Shown here in pieces: positions 39,885-50,083 of a DNA stretch of 64,000 nt. Numbering within the stretch: position 1 is the first letter of the stretch; each line of letters begins with the position of its first letter. The stretch is from Candidatus Bathyarchaeia archaeon (lineage in GTDB: Archaea > Thermoproteota > Bathyarchaeia > Bathyarchaeales > Bathycorpusculaceae). The notes below the pieces were generated by a model. It was not told where the DNA came from. It ran no database searches and saw only the letters and a program-made list of their open reading frames with translations. The position numbers and the translations under genes were made by a program. The stretch is taken from contig JBMFMB010000004.1 in assembly GCA_049970895.1 (NCBI GenBank), positions 1-64,000 of the forward strand, given 5' to 3'.

Positions 39885-40361
39885 CTACAGCTCTCTGCTC
39901 ATTACGTAGGCGTCTTCCCCGTCCGAGTAATAGCCATGAATTGTCCTCGTAACCCTGAAGCCAAGTTTCTTATATAGGCTTATAGCTGGCACGTTTGAAA
40001 CCCTAACTTCTAGGAAGGCTTGTTTTGCATTGTATAGGCGCATCCCCTCCAAGGCTTTTGTCACTAAGGCTTCACCAATGCCCCTTCGCCTATGTTCTGG
40101 CATAACAGCTATGGAGACTATGTGTCCCTTCTTTATTAAGCCGCCGAAGCCGAAGTTTGATAAGCCCAACTCAATGCGGCACATGACATAACCAACAATT
40201 TCGCCATTTCCTTCAGCCACTATGAAGGTTTCTGGAAAACGATTATAAAGGTTCATGAAGAAGTAGTCACCGTAATTTTCCGGTAGGCAGACGCGGTTAA
40301 TATACATGACACGTTCAAGGTCTTTTGGCGTAAACTTCCGCAAGATGTATGTTTGCTGCAA
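39885..40361 (-). CDS. N-terminal acetyltransferase Ard1/RimI
   Basis: CLPENY, RRRGIG, LEVRVSN, YYSDGEDA. Confidence 0.95.
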   Translation of the reverse strand: MQQTYILRKFTPKDLERVMYINRVCLPENYGDYFFMNLYNRFPETFIVAEGNGEIVGYVMCRIELGLSNFGFGGLIKKGHIVSIAVMPEHRRRGIGEALVTKALEGMRLYNAKQAFLEVRVSNVPAISLYKKLGFRVTRTIHGYYSDGEDAYVMSREL

Positions 40362-40461
40362 GCTGCTCCTACTCCCACAGTGTTTTAACGCGATTATGGC
40401 GAAGCCTTTATGGTTAGGTTTGCATCCCCACTTTAAAGTTTTTCCAAAACCTTAGCCCCTT

Positions 40462-41733
40462 TTACTCGCTCGCCTTAACCTCTGGAAGCGTGAAGTTTCC
40501 GTAGGGCATAACCCAAACCTTAGCGTTTTCACCGACAATTTTGAAGGCTTCGTTGAGGGCTTCATTGACTGTGCGGGCTGTCCTAAGCCTAAAAACGTTC
40601 ACCGCGTAGTAGTCTGGCATGGCTGAAACTAGGATTATTTGGGCTTTCTGCAAAGCCTTCATTAAATAGTAGGCTTTATGCCCACCCAAAACAAAGTTGC
40701 GCCTAATCTCCCTCTCCACGGCTTTCAAGTCCTTAAACTTAACCATCCAATCGTAGAAGACCTGGTTTCCATGCCCTTCAGGGCATTCAGCCGCGAGAAT
40801 TATTACGCCGTCCCGCTTAACAACTTGTAAAGCGCTGTCAATGCCCTTATAGGCTTGGAAGAGGTTCACGTCAGCTGGATGCCCACCGGGGCTTACAACG
40901 ACTATGTCGGCTCTTCGATCTACTGGTATGCGGTACATCTCATCCACAAGCTTCACGCCCTCGTGGAAGGCTTGCTCCATGTCGCCCGCCAAAGCCCTCA
41001 CAATTTCGCCTTTACTGTTAAGCACAACGTTTACGATGAAATCCACTTTTGCCATCCTAGCGGCTTCCACCATGTCCTCGTGAATTGGATTTCCATCCAA
41101 AACGCCGGTTCTCGCGTTTGGATACAGAAGCATGGCATGATTAGCCTTAATAGTTTCTTCGCCAGCAACCCCTGGCAACACGCTTTTTCTCCCACCACCA
41201 TAACCAGCATAATAATGGAAGCAAACATCACCCGTCAAAATTTTCAAGTCAGCCTCCGCGAAAACGCGGTTCAAATAAACCTTCGTGCCATACTTAGGCG
41301 TGGTGCCCAAATAAACAAGGTCTTTGGCTTTGCAGTCGTGGCTTACGGCTTTAACACGTTTTAGGACACCTTCTCCTAAAAGCCTAAAAGCCTCCTCATC
41401 CGTAACAGCCCTATGCGTCCCACAACCAAAAATAATTGTGATGTTCTCGTCTTTGACGCCAGCACTATTCAACTCGTCAAGAATTGGAGGCACAATAACA
41501 TGGCTAGGAGCGGGTCTCGTGGCATCATCAACAACAATAGCCACCCTATGCTCCGGCTTAGCAATCTCACTTAGCTTTTTTGAGCCAATAGGCTCCCTTA
41601 AGGCTCTTTCAACCTCCGCCCGTGCATCTGGAACACCAGACTTCTCTTTTGGTTCTATGAAACCCAAAAGGTTTCGGGCTGGAACGCGGAGGCAAACCTC
41701 GGTTTTTCCATAGGGAAGCCAAACGTCAACCAT
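40462..41733 (-). CDS. larA: LarA-family nickel-pincer racemase/epimerase
   Basis: DDATRP, GTHR, HYYAGYGGGRKS, NH. Confidence 0.92.
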   Translation of the reverse strand: MVDVWLPYGKTEVCLRVPARNLLGFIEPKEKSGVPDARAEVERALREPIGSKKLSEIAKPEHRVAIVVDDATRPAPSHVIVPPILDELNSAGVKDENITIIFGCGTHRAVTDEEAFRLLGEGVLKRVKAVSHDCKAKDLVYLGTTPKYGTKVYLNRVFAEADLKILTGDVCFHYYAGYGGGRKSVLPGVAGEETIKANHAMLLYPNARTGVLDGNPIHEDMVEAARMAKVDFIVNVVLNSKGEIVRALAGDMEQAFHEGVKLVDEMYRIPVDRRADIVVVSPGGHPADVNLFQAYKGIDSALQVVKRDGVIILAAECPEGHGNQVFYDWMVKFKDLKAVEREIRRNFVLGGHKAYYLMKALQKAQIILVSAMPDYYAVNVFRLRTARTVNEALNEAFKIVGENAKVWVMPYGNFTLPEVKASE

Positions 41734-41850
41734 TAGCCATCACTTATGGTTATTAAACACGGCAAATACCATTATTAAGTATTTACATGAGACAGCCAAA
41801 CCTTATATTTTGAAGAGTGATTGTTTCGGAAAGCAAGTGGAACGGCAGAT

Positions 41851-42859
41851 ATGGGGCTTCGTAAAATCCTTAGGCGGGAGTTCTCCTTCATAAGCGGCAA
41901 CTACAAAGTCCTAGTGATAAGCTGGATGATAATGGACCTAGCCACAGAAATGCCAGCCCCAAACTTCCAATACTATGTGCAACGCTTGGGAGGAACAGGC
42001 CTAGCCCTAGGCATTATAGGTTGGCCAACTGGATTGGAATGGCCATTGTGGCTTTCCCAGGAGGTTATTTGGCTGACAAGTATGGTAGACGTTGGATCAT
42101 AACAACCATGACCTTTCTAATGGCTTTGTCAAACCTCTTTTTTGCCCAGCCCCAACATGGCACTTTATACTGATAGGGACAATAATTCAAAGCCTATGCC
42201 TAATATACCAGCCAGCCCTCTTCGCAATGGTTCAAGACTCGCTGCCTCCAGAACGAAGGGGAATGGGTTCATCAATAATACAGCTAATCTACGGCGCCTT
42301 CAACACACCGGGACCGGTCATTGCTGGCTTTCTAATGATGAAGTTTGGAGTTTCACTCATAAATGTGGTAAACGCCATTTACGCAAGGGACGTTCTAGGC
42401 GTAGCTGAAAACCAATGGTGGCTGGTCTACATACCATTGCTTTAACAATGATAATTGCCTCGCTGCCCATAGGCAAAATGGTGGACAAGTTTGGGAGAAA
42501 AATCCCCGTTGATCATGGGCTTAATCATTTTTGGCACTGCAACATTAATCTTCATGTGGGGAAACCTGCCAATGCTAATGCTTTCAATGGCCCTATTCGC
42601 CATAGGCCAGCTGCTTATAATGTCATCCTCCATGGCCCTCTCTACAGACCTCGTCAACCCCGAAAACATAGGAAAAGTTGTGGGCTTCAGAAACTTCGTC
42701 AGCTACATTCTTTCAGGCTTGGGCATGCTGCTGGGCAACTACCTATATGTAAGCATCTTCCTTCAGCTTCCCTTTTGCACAGCTTTGGCAATAATCATCC
42801 CAGCACTCTTAATAGCGGTTTTCCTTGTCCAAGAGCCTAAAAATGGGGAGAAAAGTTAG
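41851..42859 (+). pseudogene. MFS transporter with several frameshifts
   Basis: GGYLADKYGRR, PALFAMVQDSLPPERRG and GKMVDKFGRK are split across frames. Confidence 0.85.
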
Positions 42860-44499
42860 GATAAACCTTGGGGCTCACGTATTTTCATGTCGAAGATTTT
42901 GCGGAGCATGGATATGGGCAAGTAGCCATTCGCCGTTATAGTGTCGTGGAAAAACTTCTCGTCAAACTTTTCACCCATCATTTGTTTAACCTCTTCTTTC
43001 AATTTTAGGATTAAATGCTTCCCAAGCAGATAAGACAGCGGATACCCCGGCGTCTGAGTGTAGCGGCTAACCTCTGCCACGGCAGCCTCCCTAGACATGC
43101 CGGCCTCCCCAACAAGCATGTCCACGGCCTCTTCAAAGCTTATCTCACTCCTAGAAAGCTTAACATCAACAATTACGCGAACAGCCCGCCATATTATATC
43201 ATTAATCTGTATAAGACGTGTCTCCAAGTCTTTTATGAAGCCCTTCTCCCACATAAGCTCCTCACAATAGTGAGCCCAACCCTCAACGGTTTCAGAGCCT
43301 TCAGCCAAAAGCCTAATAACACTTCCACGATTCGAAACAGCCCCTTGAAGGAAGTGTCCCGGAAAAGCCTCATGAACAGCAGTATTCCTAATCGAAGGAT
43401 AATTTAGGTGCTTTCCAAGGTTTGAAGGATCCCTAGGCCTAGTCACCACATAAATTCCTATTTGCGGCTTGTCGAATTTCGCGGGCATTATTAGGGCTGC
43501 GAAGGGTATAATTGGCGCCATGAAGGCTGGTGTCTCCTCAACAAGCAGCACATCTTCTGGGTAGACTGTTGCAATACCCTTTTCTTGGACGAAACGCCTC
43601 GCCTCCTCCATCGCTTTTCTAGTGTATTCCAAAGCTTCCTCGAAGGTTTTTGGAGCCTTACTCTCAACCATTTTGAGGACTTCTTCGACGGACTTTCCGG
43701 AGGCTATTTGTTGTGCTATGCGCTCCCTTTCAGCTTTCAACTCGTTAAGATATTTTATGCCAAGCTGAAGGATTTCATCAGAAGTCATTCCGAGTTCGCG
43801 GAGCTGAAGAAGCCTCTCAAACTTTTCCCTTCCAATAGCCCACTCCTCGCGGGTCTTGTTCAGGAGGCTTTGAAGCCACTCCATGTGCAACTTAAATGCT
43901 AGGTAAAAGTTTTCCACAGCCTTTTGAAGTCTCTCGTAGGTTTTTTCTGGAACTTTTCCCTTCACCACCTCAAGTATGAACATGAACAAGCCCATCAAGT
44001 TTTGGGTTTTCTCTATGGCTAGCTGCGTCCACAACCGCACTGGCTGTGATTTCTCGAATCTTGATCGAAACTCTTCAAGGTATCTGGGCATCTGCTCTAT
44101 TCTTGCGGCTATTGCATCAACCCGCTTTTCTAACGGGGCGTAATCCCTTGTAAACATTATGAATATTAGTCCGCCCAAATCCTCTGAAACGTCTGGGTTT
44201 AACTCATGCACGCGTCTCTCATAGAAGTCGAATTTCCAACGTTCATAAGCCTTCTCTAAAACCTCCCAATCTATTTTGTGGTTGTAGCTTAGCTCTGCCG
44301 GGTTAACGGTTTCCCTTAAACGGGCAAGCACCTCCTCGATCATTTTAAGGTTTTCCAAAAGCCTTTCAGTGGAGCCCTTTGGCAGCATGTAATCGTATGG
44401 TTCATGAAGCCCCAAGTATGTAGCGAAGTCGGGGTTCTTCTCCAAGAACTTTTCTAGAAACTCTTTCGTAAACTTTTCAAACATCTCATCCGCGTTCAT
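42856..44499 (-). CDS. DUF885 family metallopeptidase-like protein
   Basis: HEAFPGHFLQ, EGWAHYCE, RAVRVIVD, PGYPLSY..G. Confidence 0.92.
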   Translation of the reverse strand: MNADEMFEKFTKEFLEKFLEKNPDFATYLGLHEPYDYMLPKGSTERLLENLKMIEEVLARLRETVNPAELSYNHKIDWEVLEKAYERWKFDFYERRVHELNPDVSEDLGGLIFIMFTRDYAPLEKRVDAIAARIEQMPRYLEEFRSRFEKSQPVRLWTQLAIEKTQNLMGLFMFILEVVKGKVPEKTYERLQKAVENFYLAFKLHMEWLQSLLNKTREEWAIGREKFERLLQLRELGMTSDEILQLGIKYLNELKAERERIAQQIASGKSVEEVLKMVESKAPKTFEEALEYTRKAMEEARRFVQEKGIATVYPEDVLLVEETPAFMAPIIPFAALIMPAKFDKPQIGIYVVTRPRDPSNLGKHLNYPSIRNTAVHEAFPGHFLQGAVSNRGSVIRLLAEGSETVEGWAHYCEELMWEKGFIKDLETRLIQINDIIWRAVRVIVDVKLSRSEISFEEAVDMLVGEAGMSREAAVAEVSRYTQTPGYPLSYLLGKHLILKLKEEVKQMMGEKFDEKFFHDTITANGYLPISMLRKIFDMKIREPQGLS

Positions 44500-44617
44500 T
44501 TTCCCGTCACTTTTCTGAAATGTTTGCTTGGCGAGGGTTTTAAGCTTTTGGAGAATGAAAGTAGCATAAGTTCTTTAAGACGTGAATGCGATAACTATTA
44601 AAATGCGAGGAACCCGT

Positions 44618-45310
44618 ATGGCAATTGAGAAAACTCCCGGGAAAAATGAGATTCTGTTTGTCTGGTTTAACCGCTACGCTGGAGTGACCATAAAAACTCC
44701 CTCGAAAACCCTTGTAGTAGACCCTGTTGACGTGAAGCCCAAAATCTTCCAAAAGGTTGACGCCATCCTCATAAGCCATGAGCACTATGACCACCTAGAC
44801 CAGTCGCTTGTTTCAGAAGTCCACAAACTGACGGGATGTATGGTAATAGCAGACCCCACTTCGGCTAGAAGACTCCGCAATATGATTCCAGCGGAAAAGC
44901 TTCACGAGGTCCAGCCGGGCGTGGAGGTTAAGGTTGGCGAAGTCTCCGTTAAAGCCGAAAAGTGTAACCATCCTCCAGCAGCCACGCCAGTATCCTTCAT
45001 AATAACAAGCGAAGACGGCGTAAAAGTCTTCCACACGGCGGACAGCCTCCCATTCCCGGAGATGGCAAGCATGGGTGAAAAAGAAAAATTCGACCTAGTC
45101 TTCTGCACTGTGGGCATTGCGCCTGGAACTTCGCCGGAAACAGGTGTTGAAATAGCCAGACTAACAAAGCCTAAGGTGGCTGTTCCATATCATACTGGCT
45201 CTTCAGCCGACTTAAAGAAGTTCGGCGAAATTTTGAAGAGGGAAATGCCAAAAGTCACGTGCCTAATTCCAGAGGTTGGAAGGATCTACCAAGTTTCTAA
45301 AAAGGTGTAG
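44618..45310 (+). CDS. MBL-fold metallo-hydrolase
   Basis: SHEHYDHLD, FHTAD, VPYH. Confidence 0.9.
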   Translation: MAIEKTPGKNEILFVWFNRYAGVTIKTPSKTLVVDPVDVKPKIFQKVDAILISHEHYDHLDQSLVSEVHKLTGCMVIADPTSARRLRNMIPAEKLHEVQPGVEVKVGEVSVKAEKCNHPPAATPVSFIITSEDGVKVFHTADSLPFPEMASMGEKEKFDLVFCTVGIAPGTSPETGVEIARLTKPKVAVPYHTGSSADLKKFGEILKREMPKVTCLIPEVGRIYQVSKKV

Positions 45311-45314
45311 GCGA

Positions 45315-45938
45315 ATGCTGAAAAGCGGCGAAGAAGCCAGGGTTGATGTTTGCAAAATCTTAAGCAAGATTGGAGCCCTCCAGTTTGGGACCTTCAAGCT
45401 CACAAGTGGAAAGATAAGCCCATACTACATAGACTTGCGCATAGTTCCAAGCTTTCCAGACGCCTTCCAGAAAATCTGCAACCTCTACACAAACTTTGTG
45501 AAGGATAAGGTGGGCTTGGAAAACTTTGAGAGGGTTGCCGGAATACCGGTGGCGGGAATACCCTTCGCCTCGCTGGTAGCCTACAACCTTAAAAAGCCAT
45601 TTCTATACATACGCAAGGGCGTCCGCCTCCACGGAAGACAGAGAAGAGTTGAAGGAATCCTCACACCCGGAGATCGCGTTTTACTCGTAGACGACCTAAT
45701 CACAACGGGATTGTCGCTCAGAAGGGCGGCTAAAGCCATAACAGCCGAAGGCGGAATAGTAAACGATGCCGTTGTTCTCCTAGACAGAGAGGAAGGCGGA
45801 GGGGAAAAGCTAAAGAAAAGCGGCATCAGACTTCACGCCATACTCAAAATCAGCGAGGTGGCAGAAATGCTATGTGAGACGGGCGCCATAAACGAGGAAC
45901 AATTAAAGACTATTTTGAGGCAGGTTAAAAAGGGATAG
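45315..45938 (+). CDS. pyrE: orotate phosphoribosyltransferase
   Basis: FKLTSGKISPYYIDLR, LVDDLITTGLS. Confidence 0.96.
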   Translation: MLKSGEEARVDVCKILSKIGALQFGTFKLTSGKISPYYIDLRIVPSFPDAFQKICNLYTNFVKDKVGLENFERVAGIPVAGIPFASLVAYNLKKPFLYIRKGVRLHGRQRRVEGILTPGDRVLLVDDLITTGLSLRRAAKAITAEGGIVNDAVVLLDREEGGGEKLKKSGIRLHAILKISEVAEMLCETGAINEEQLKTILRQVKKG

Positions 45939-45967
45939 AAAGAAGCTTTGGAAGTTTCTAGGCAAAT

Positions 45968-46528
45968 TCACTCGTAGAATATCAGTTCCTTCTCCTCCAA
46001 TATCTCGTGAAGCTTGTGAACAGCGTCGTAGACGTCTTGCTCTCTCTTGGCTCCTGTGCAGACAAGCTTGCCACTTGCAAAAAGTAGTATAACAACCTTA
46101 GGATTATCCATACGGTAGATCAAGCCTGGAAACTGTTCAGGCTCATACATGGTTTTTCCAAGAGTGTAGGCTGCCTTCTCCAAGTCTATCATGCCGCCTA
46201 GGCTTGCAGAAGCCACAATGTTCTGGATTTTTAGCTCAGGCCTGCTTATGATTATTATTCCCCCCCGCTTCAGCTCCTTAATAACCTTCATGACAGCCCT
46301 GCGAGCCTCCTTCTCAGATTTAGCACCAGTGCAAACCATCTTCCCAGAGTTGAAAATCAAAGTGGCTGTCTTCGGCCTCTTAAGCCTAAAAACCAGTCCC
46401 GGAAACTGTTCTGGCCGGTATTCGACTCCTGGATAGCCCTTAACAACAGCGTTTAAGTCCACCTTCTGGTTTAGAGTTGCGGAAGCCACAACATTCTCTA
46501 TGCTTATTATGGCTTTAACTTTAGGCAT
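45968..46528 (-). CDS. tbp: TATA-binding protein
   Basis: Two NxVAS...YxPEQFPGL...SGKxVCTGAK repeats. Confidence 0.99.
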   Translation of the reverse strand: MPKVKAIISIENVVASATLNQKVDLNAVVKGYPGVEYRPEQFPGLVFRLKRPKTATLIFNSGKMVCTGAKSEKEARRAVMKVIKELKRGGIIIISRPELKIQNIVASASLGGMIDLEKAAYTLGKTMYEPEQFPGLIYRMDNPKVVILLFASGKLVCTGAKREQDVYDAVHKLHEILEEKELIFYE

Positions 46529-46665
46529 GAAACACCACTTCTCCATATGAAGTCTTTAAATACCCTTTATAAAGCCTTGGGTTTCGAAAGATTTAAAAAG
46601 CTTCATGAAGTTCAGAAGGTTTTAAATCTGTAAAGTCCATATCCTTTGCAATAAAAGGTGAAGGA

Positions 46666-47634
46666 TTGGGAAAGGAATTTAGAGTAAGCCACACGTTCAT
46701 ACCTCCAGCAATTTTCACAATTTTCCTTACAGCATTCTACGTGACATACAAAATTTTGCCAGGCCCCGAGCTTCTATTTCTATGCATGTTTGTTTACGCC
46801 TCTTACAAGGGGAATGGCAACCGTTTTTTAAGAGCCTTCTCGCCATTCATAATATCATTCCTGTCCTACGAGTCCTTGAATAGGCTTATAGACAGTGTGC
46901 CTAGATTCATACACGTTCAAGAGCCAATAGCCGCCGACATGTGGATTTTTAACGCTGTTCCACCGCTTGTGCTTCAGCAGAATTATAGGATGCCCATTCT
47001 AGACTACATTGGAGCGGCAGTTTACTCCGTTCACTTGATTGCGCCGACAATCTTTGCATTTCTATTATGGAGGCTCCATCCGGAGCATTACCAAAAATAC
47101 AGCTTAGCCTTTATGATATGTACATACAGCGCCCTTCTAACCTTCCTCTTTTATCCAGTTGCACCTCCATGGTATGGAGTTGGAGCCACCAGAATACTTT
47201 TTCAAGTGGACAATAAGCTGGGCGTCCCCATGTACAGGACAATATACGACTATATTGGGGTAAACCAGTTTGCGGCTTTCCCAAGCCTCCATTCAGCTTT
47301 ACCATGGATAATTGCACTTTTCGCCATTAAAGCTTGGAAGAAAAAGGCTTTGCCAATTCTGACCTTCCCATTCATGGTTTGGTTCAGCGCCGTTTATCTT
47401 GGGGAGCACTATGTAATCGACATGGTTGGCGGAGTATTATATGCAACCTTAGCCTTTATCGTGGCATGCAATAAGGATAGGATTAGAGGCTTGTCCATCT
47501 TCAATGTAGACGTGATCACTCCAATCTTAGGAAAGTTGGGGGAGATCAGACTTCCAATTTATCGGGATAGCGAATCAATTTATAAGAAAAGTGAACCGAT
47601 TTACATGGCAACTTTTCGGCGCGTTCTATGCTAG
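46666..47634 (+). CDS. PAP2 / Aur1-like membrane phosphotransferase
   Basis: PVAPPW, AAFPSLH, YLGEHYVID. Confidence 0.88.
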   Translation: MGKEFRVSHTFIPPAIFTIFLTAFYVTYKILPGPELLFLCMFVYASYKGNGNRFLRAFSPFIISFLSYESLNRLIDSVPRFIHVQEPIAADMWIFNAVPPLVLQQNYRMPILDYIGAAVYSVHLIAPTIFAFLLWRLHPEHYQKYSLAFMICTYSALLTFLFYPVAPPWYGVGATRILFQVDNKLGVPMYRTIYDYIGVNQFAAFPSLHSALPWIIALFAIKAWKKKALPILTFPFMVWFSAVYLGEHYVIDMVGGVLYATLAFIVACNKDRIRGLSIFNVDVITPILGKLGEIRLPIYRDSESIYKKSEPIYMATFRRVLC

Positions 47635-47652
47635 GGAAAGTGCATGGTCTAA

Positions 47653-47862
47653 CTAGCCTTTATGGTTCCGCCAAAGGTCTGAAACCCGCCCAACCTTCAC
47701 AAGCTTCCATCTTCCCCAAAAATCCTTCCTATAAAAATGGAATAAGCCGCACTTTGGACACTGCAAGACACGCCTATTCTTCTCATAGTCCATTTCATAC
47801 AATTTTAAATCGGCGCCGCATTCAACACACTTATTCTGTGCTTTCGCGTTTTCCTTAAACAT
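47653..47862 (-). CDS. small zinc-ribbon protein
   Basis: CVECG ... CPKCG. Confidence 0.75.
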   Translation of the reverse strand: MFKENAKAQNKCVECGADLKLYEMDYEKNRRVLQCPKCGLFHFYRKDFWGRWKLVKVGRVSDLWRNHKG

Positions 47863-48807
47863 TCATTCCCCCATTGTTGGCTTCTTCTTTCTGTATGCTT
47901 TTAGAACGCCGTAGAGCTTCCAAGCGTTGAATGCAACCAGTATTATGAGGAAGAGTTGGAACCATGAGAATGTTGGAACCCCTTGGCGTATCCCATCATC
48001 AATCCTATAGTTTATCTGGTAGGTTAAAAAGCCTTGGGATAAGTAAACTTCACTTGCAAATCTTTCATGAAATTGTATGTCGGAGAGCATTCCTCTAATA
48101 GTTGCTTGTTGTGGGGTTGCTCCTGGCTGCCAAATGAGTAGGGAGCCCCACAAGCTAAAGAATATGAGCCCCAATAGGAGTATGTTTATGATGATGTAAA
48201 ATAAGAGGTTTAGGCTGATTTTTGAGAAAAGCTTTTTCTTTTTTGGCTGCCCCTCCTTTTGAGGCTCCTTTCCTTCTTGGGAGCCGAAAGGTAACATTAG
48301 TATTATTAGGATTATTATGAGTGCCAGAAATAGGATGTACATGTTGCTTTCCGAGTGAAGGAATAATGGTAGGTTGCCGATGGCAGGAATTCTTGCTACT
48401 ACCTTACCAATTAAAAGAGACGAATTCCAAGGAGAATACTGATCTTTTCCGTCAAATGCATCCCCAGCCGTTGTAATCATATAGTAATTTCCTACGGGCT
48501 GCACATTAACTGCTCTGTGAACAATAAGGTCGCTTGGTTTTTGCGGGCTTCTAAAAACGAGGATGTCTCCTTTTAGTTTGTCGGCTTTTATTTTTGCTGG
48601 GTCAACTTTTTGAACTATTATAAGGTCTCCTATGTTTAGGGTTGGAAGCATACTTCCCGACGCCACTGCGAGTGCTGGATATTCCGTGCCTAGGGCTGCT
48701 TTTGCGCCATAGTAGAAGCCGAAAACTATTATGAGGATTAGGGCCATGGTTATCGCCGTTTGAAAATATTCGTTTTTCCAAAGCCTTTTCAGTGTTTGTG
48801 TTGTCAA
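47863..48807 (-). CDS. signal peptidase I (Sec11-type) with C-terminal membrane extension
   Basis: SGSMLP, GDL, IVHR, GD; additional TM helices. Confidence 0.9.
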   Translation of the reverse strand: MTTQTLKRLWKNEYFQTAITMALILIIVFGFYYGAKAALGTEYPALAVASGSMLPTLNIGDLIIVQKVDPAKIKADKLKGDILVFRSPQKPSDLIVHRAVNVQPVGNYYMITTAGDAFDGKDQYSPWNSSLLIGKVVARIPAIGNLPLFLHSESNMYILFLALIIILIILMLPFGSQEGKEPQKEGQPKKKKLFSKISLNLLFYIIINILLLGLIFFSLWGSLLIWQPGATPQQATIRGMLSDIQFHERFASEVYLSQGFLTYQINYRIDDGIRQGVPTFSWFQLFLIILVAFNAWKLYGVLKAYRKKKPTMGE

Positions 48808-48933
48808 ATTTTATCCTTCTTTGATGGTTTTGACTGTTCTTGTTGAATAAGCTTTCCATGTTTTAAAACTTAACGCTTAAAATTTTGAAAAATAAAAATG
48901 GGGAGTTTGGAATGTTTTAAAGCGTTTTTCGTT

Positions 48934-49143
48934 TTATATTTCTATGCCTTCGGCGCCTAGTTTGGCCTTGCTTACTATTCCCTTAAACTTTTTTCCACAC
49001 TTTGGACATTCGTACATGCCGAAGATGGTTAAGGTTATCCTCATTTTTTTATCCGGGAAGGGGGCGATAAGCTCCCATGTTTTATATGGGTCTTTAACCT
49101 CTGTTCCGCATTCTGGGCAGATGTTCTGTTTCGTCTTCGGCAT
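48934..49143 (-). CDS. Cren7/CC1-like zinc-ribbon chromatin protein
   Basis: CPECG..P.KTW.L.AP.PD...G.YECPKCGKKF. Confidence 0.7.
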   Translation of the reverse strand: MPKTKQNICPECGTEVKDPYKTWELIAPFPDKKMRITLTIFGMYECPKCGKKFKGIVSKAKLGAEGIEI

Positions 49144-49181
49144 AGTGGGTCGCCAGTAAGCCTCGCTTTCGGAGCGAGTGT

Positions 49182-49352
49182 TTAAACCTTCTTTTTGCTT
49201 AGGACTTCCCGGAAGGGTTTCTTACACTTTGGACAGTCAAATAGCCCTATTTCCAGCTGCATCCTTTTACCGGATTTGTCTGGACGCCCAGCCATTGTCC
49301 ACTTCTTTCTTGGTGTTGCAACCTGGGTTCCGCATTTTGGACATTTACCCAT
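49182..49352 (-). CDS. Cren7/CC1-like zinc-ribbon chromatin protein (not in ORF track)
   Basis: MGKCPKCGTQVATPRKKWTMAGRPDKSGKRMQLEIGLFDCPKCKKPFREVLSKKKV*; SD GGAGG. Confidence 0.8.
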   Translation of the reverse strand: MGKCPKCGTQVATPRKKWTMAGRPDKSGKRMQLEIGLFDCPKCKKPFREVLSKKKV

Positions 49353-49560
49353 TTATTTTCCTCCAAACATCCTCGATAACCATGGTTTTCTAATGATGAT
49401 AGATAAATAATTTTCCATTGGTTTCGAGTATGGGAGCCTCTCTAATCATGAAAGAATGGACTTTTCGCGCTCTAATGTGTGTCTCCATGGTGTTAGATAT
49501 TTAAAAATTATACAGAACAATAAGTGTTTGGAACAAAAATAATGGGGATTGTGGCAGGCT

Positions 49561-50070
49561 CTATGTGGGGAGAGCCACCTTCAGGGCTTCTTGGAAAAGC
49601 TTCTTTGTAGCCGTTATGCGGGCTTTCTGGGCTAGAACGTCAGCCGTAACAAGGTCTAGGGCTTCTTCTGGACACCATTTAACGCATTGGGGTCCGTCAG
49701 GCCTGTCCTTGCATAGGTCACAGACGAAAACCACCTTTTTCTCGGGGTGAAGGGAAATTGCCCCATAATCGCATGCTTCTATGCACCATCCGCAGCCGTT
49801 GCACTTGTCCTCGTCCACGATTATTGTGCCGTTTTCCTCAGACTGGGTTAGAGCGTCTCTTGGGCAGGCTGCCACACAAGGCGGGTCCTCGCAAAGCCTA
49901 CAGGTTATAGAAATGTTCACCAGTGGGTTTAGCCTAACAACCCTAATCCTAGACTTTAGGGGGTTGAAAACTTTTTCCTTGGTCCAAGCGCAAATGTATT
50001 CGCAGACTTGGCAGCCAACACACTTGTCTGGATCAGCTGAAACAAATTTTCTCTCATGAATCTTAACCAT
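49561..50070 (-). CDS. 4Fe-4S dicluster protein (AOR partner)
   Basis: CVGCQVCEYIC, CRLCEDPPCVAACP, CNGCGWCIEAC, CDLC...CP. Confidence 0.93.
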   Translation of the reverse strand: MVKIHERKFVSADPDKCVGCQVCEYICAWTKEKVFNPLKSRIRVVRLNPLVNISITCRLCEDPPCVAACPRDALTQSEENGTIIVDEDKCNGCGWCIEACDYGAISLHPEKKVVFVCDLCKDRPDGPQCVKWCPEEALDLVTADVLAQKARITATKKLFQEALKVALPT

Positions 50071-50083
50071 TCACATGCCTCCT

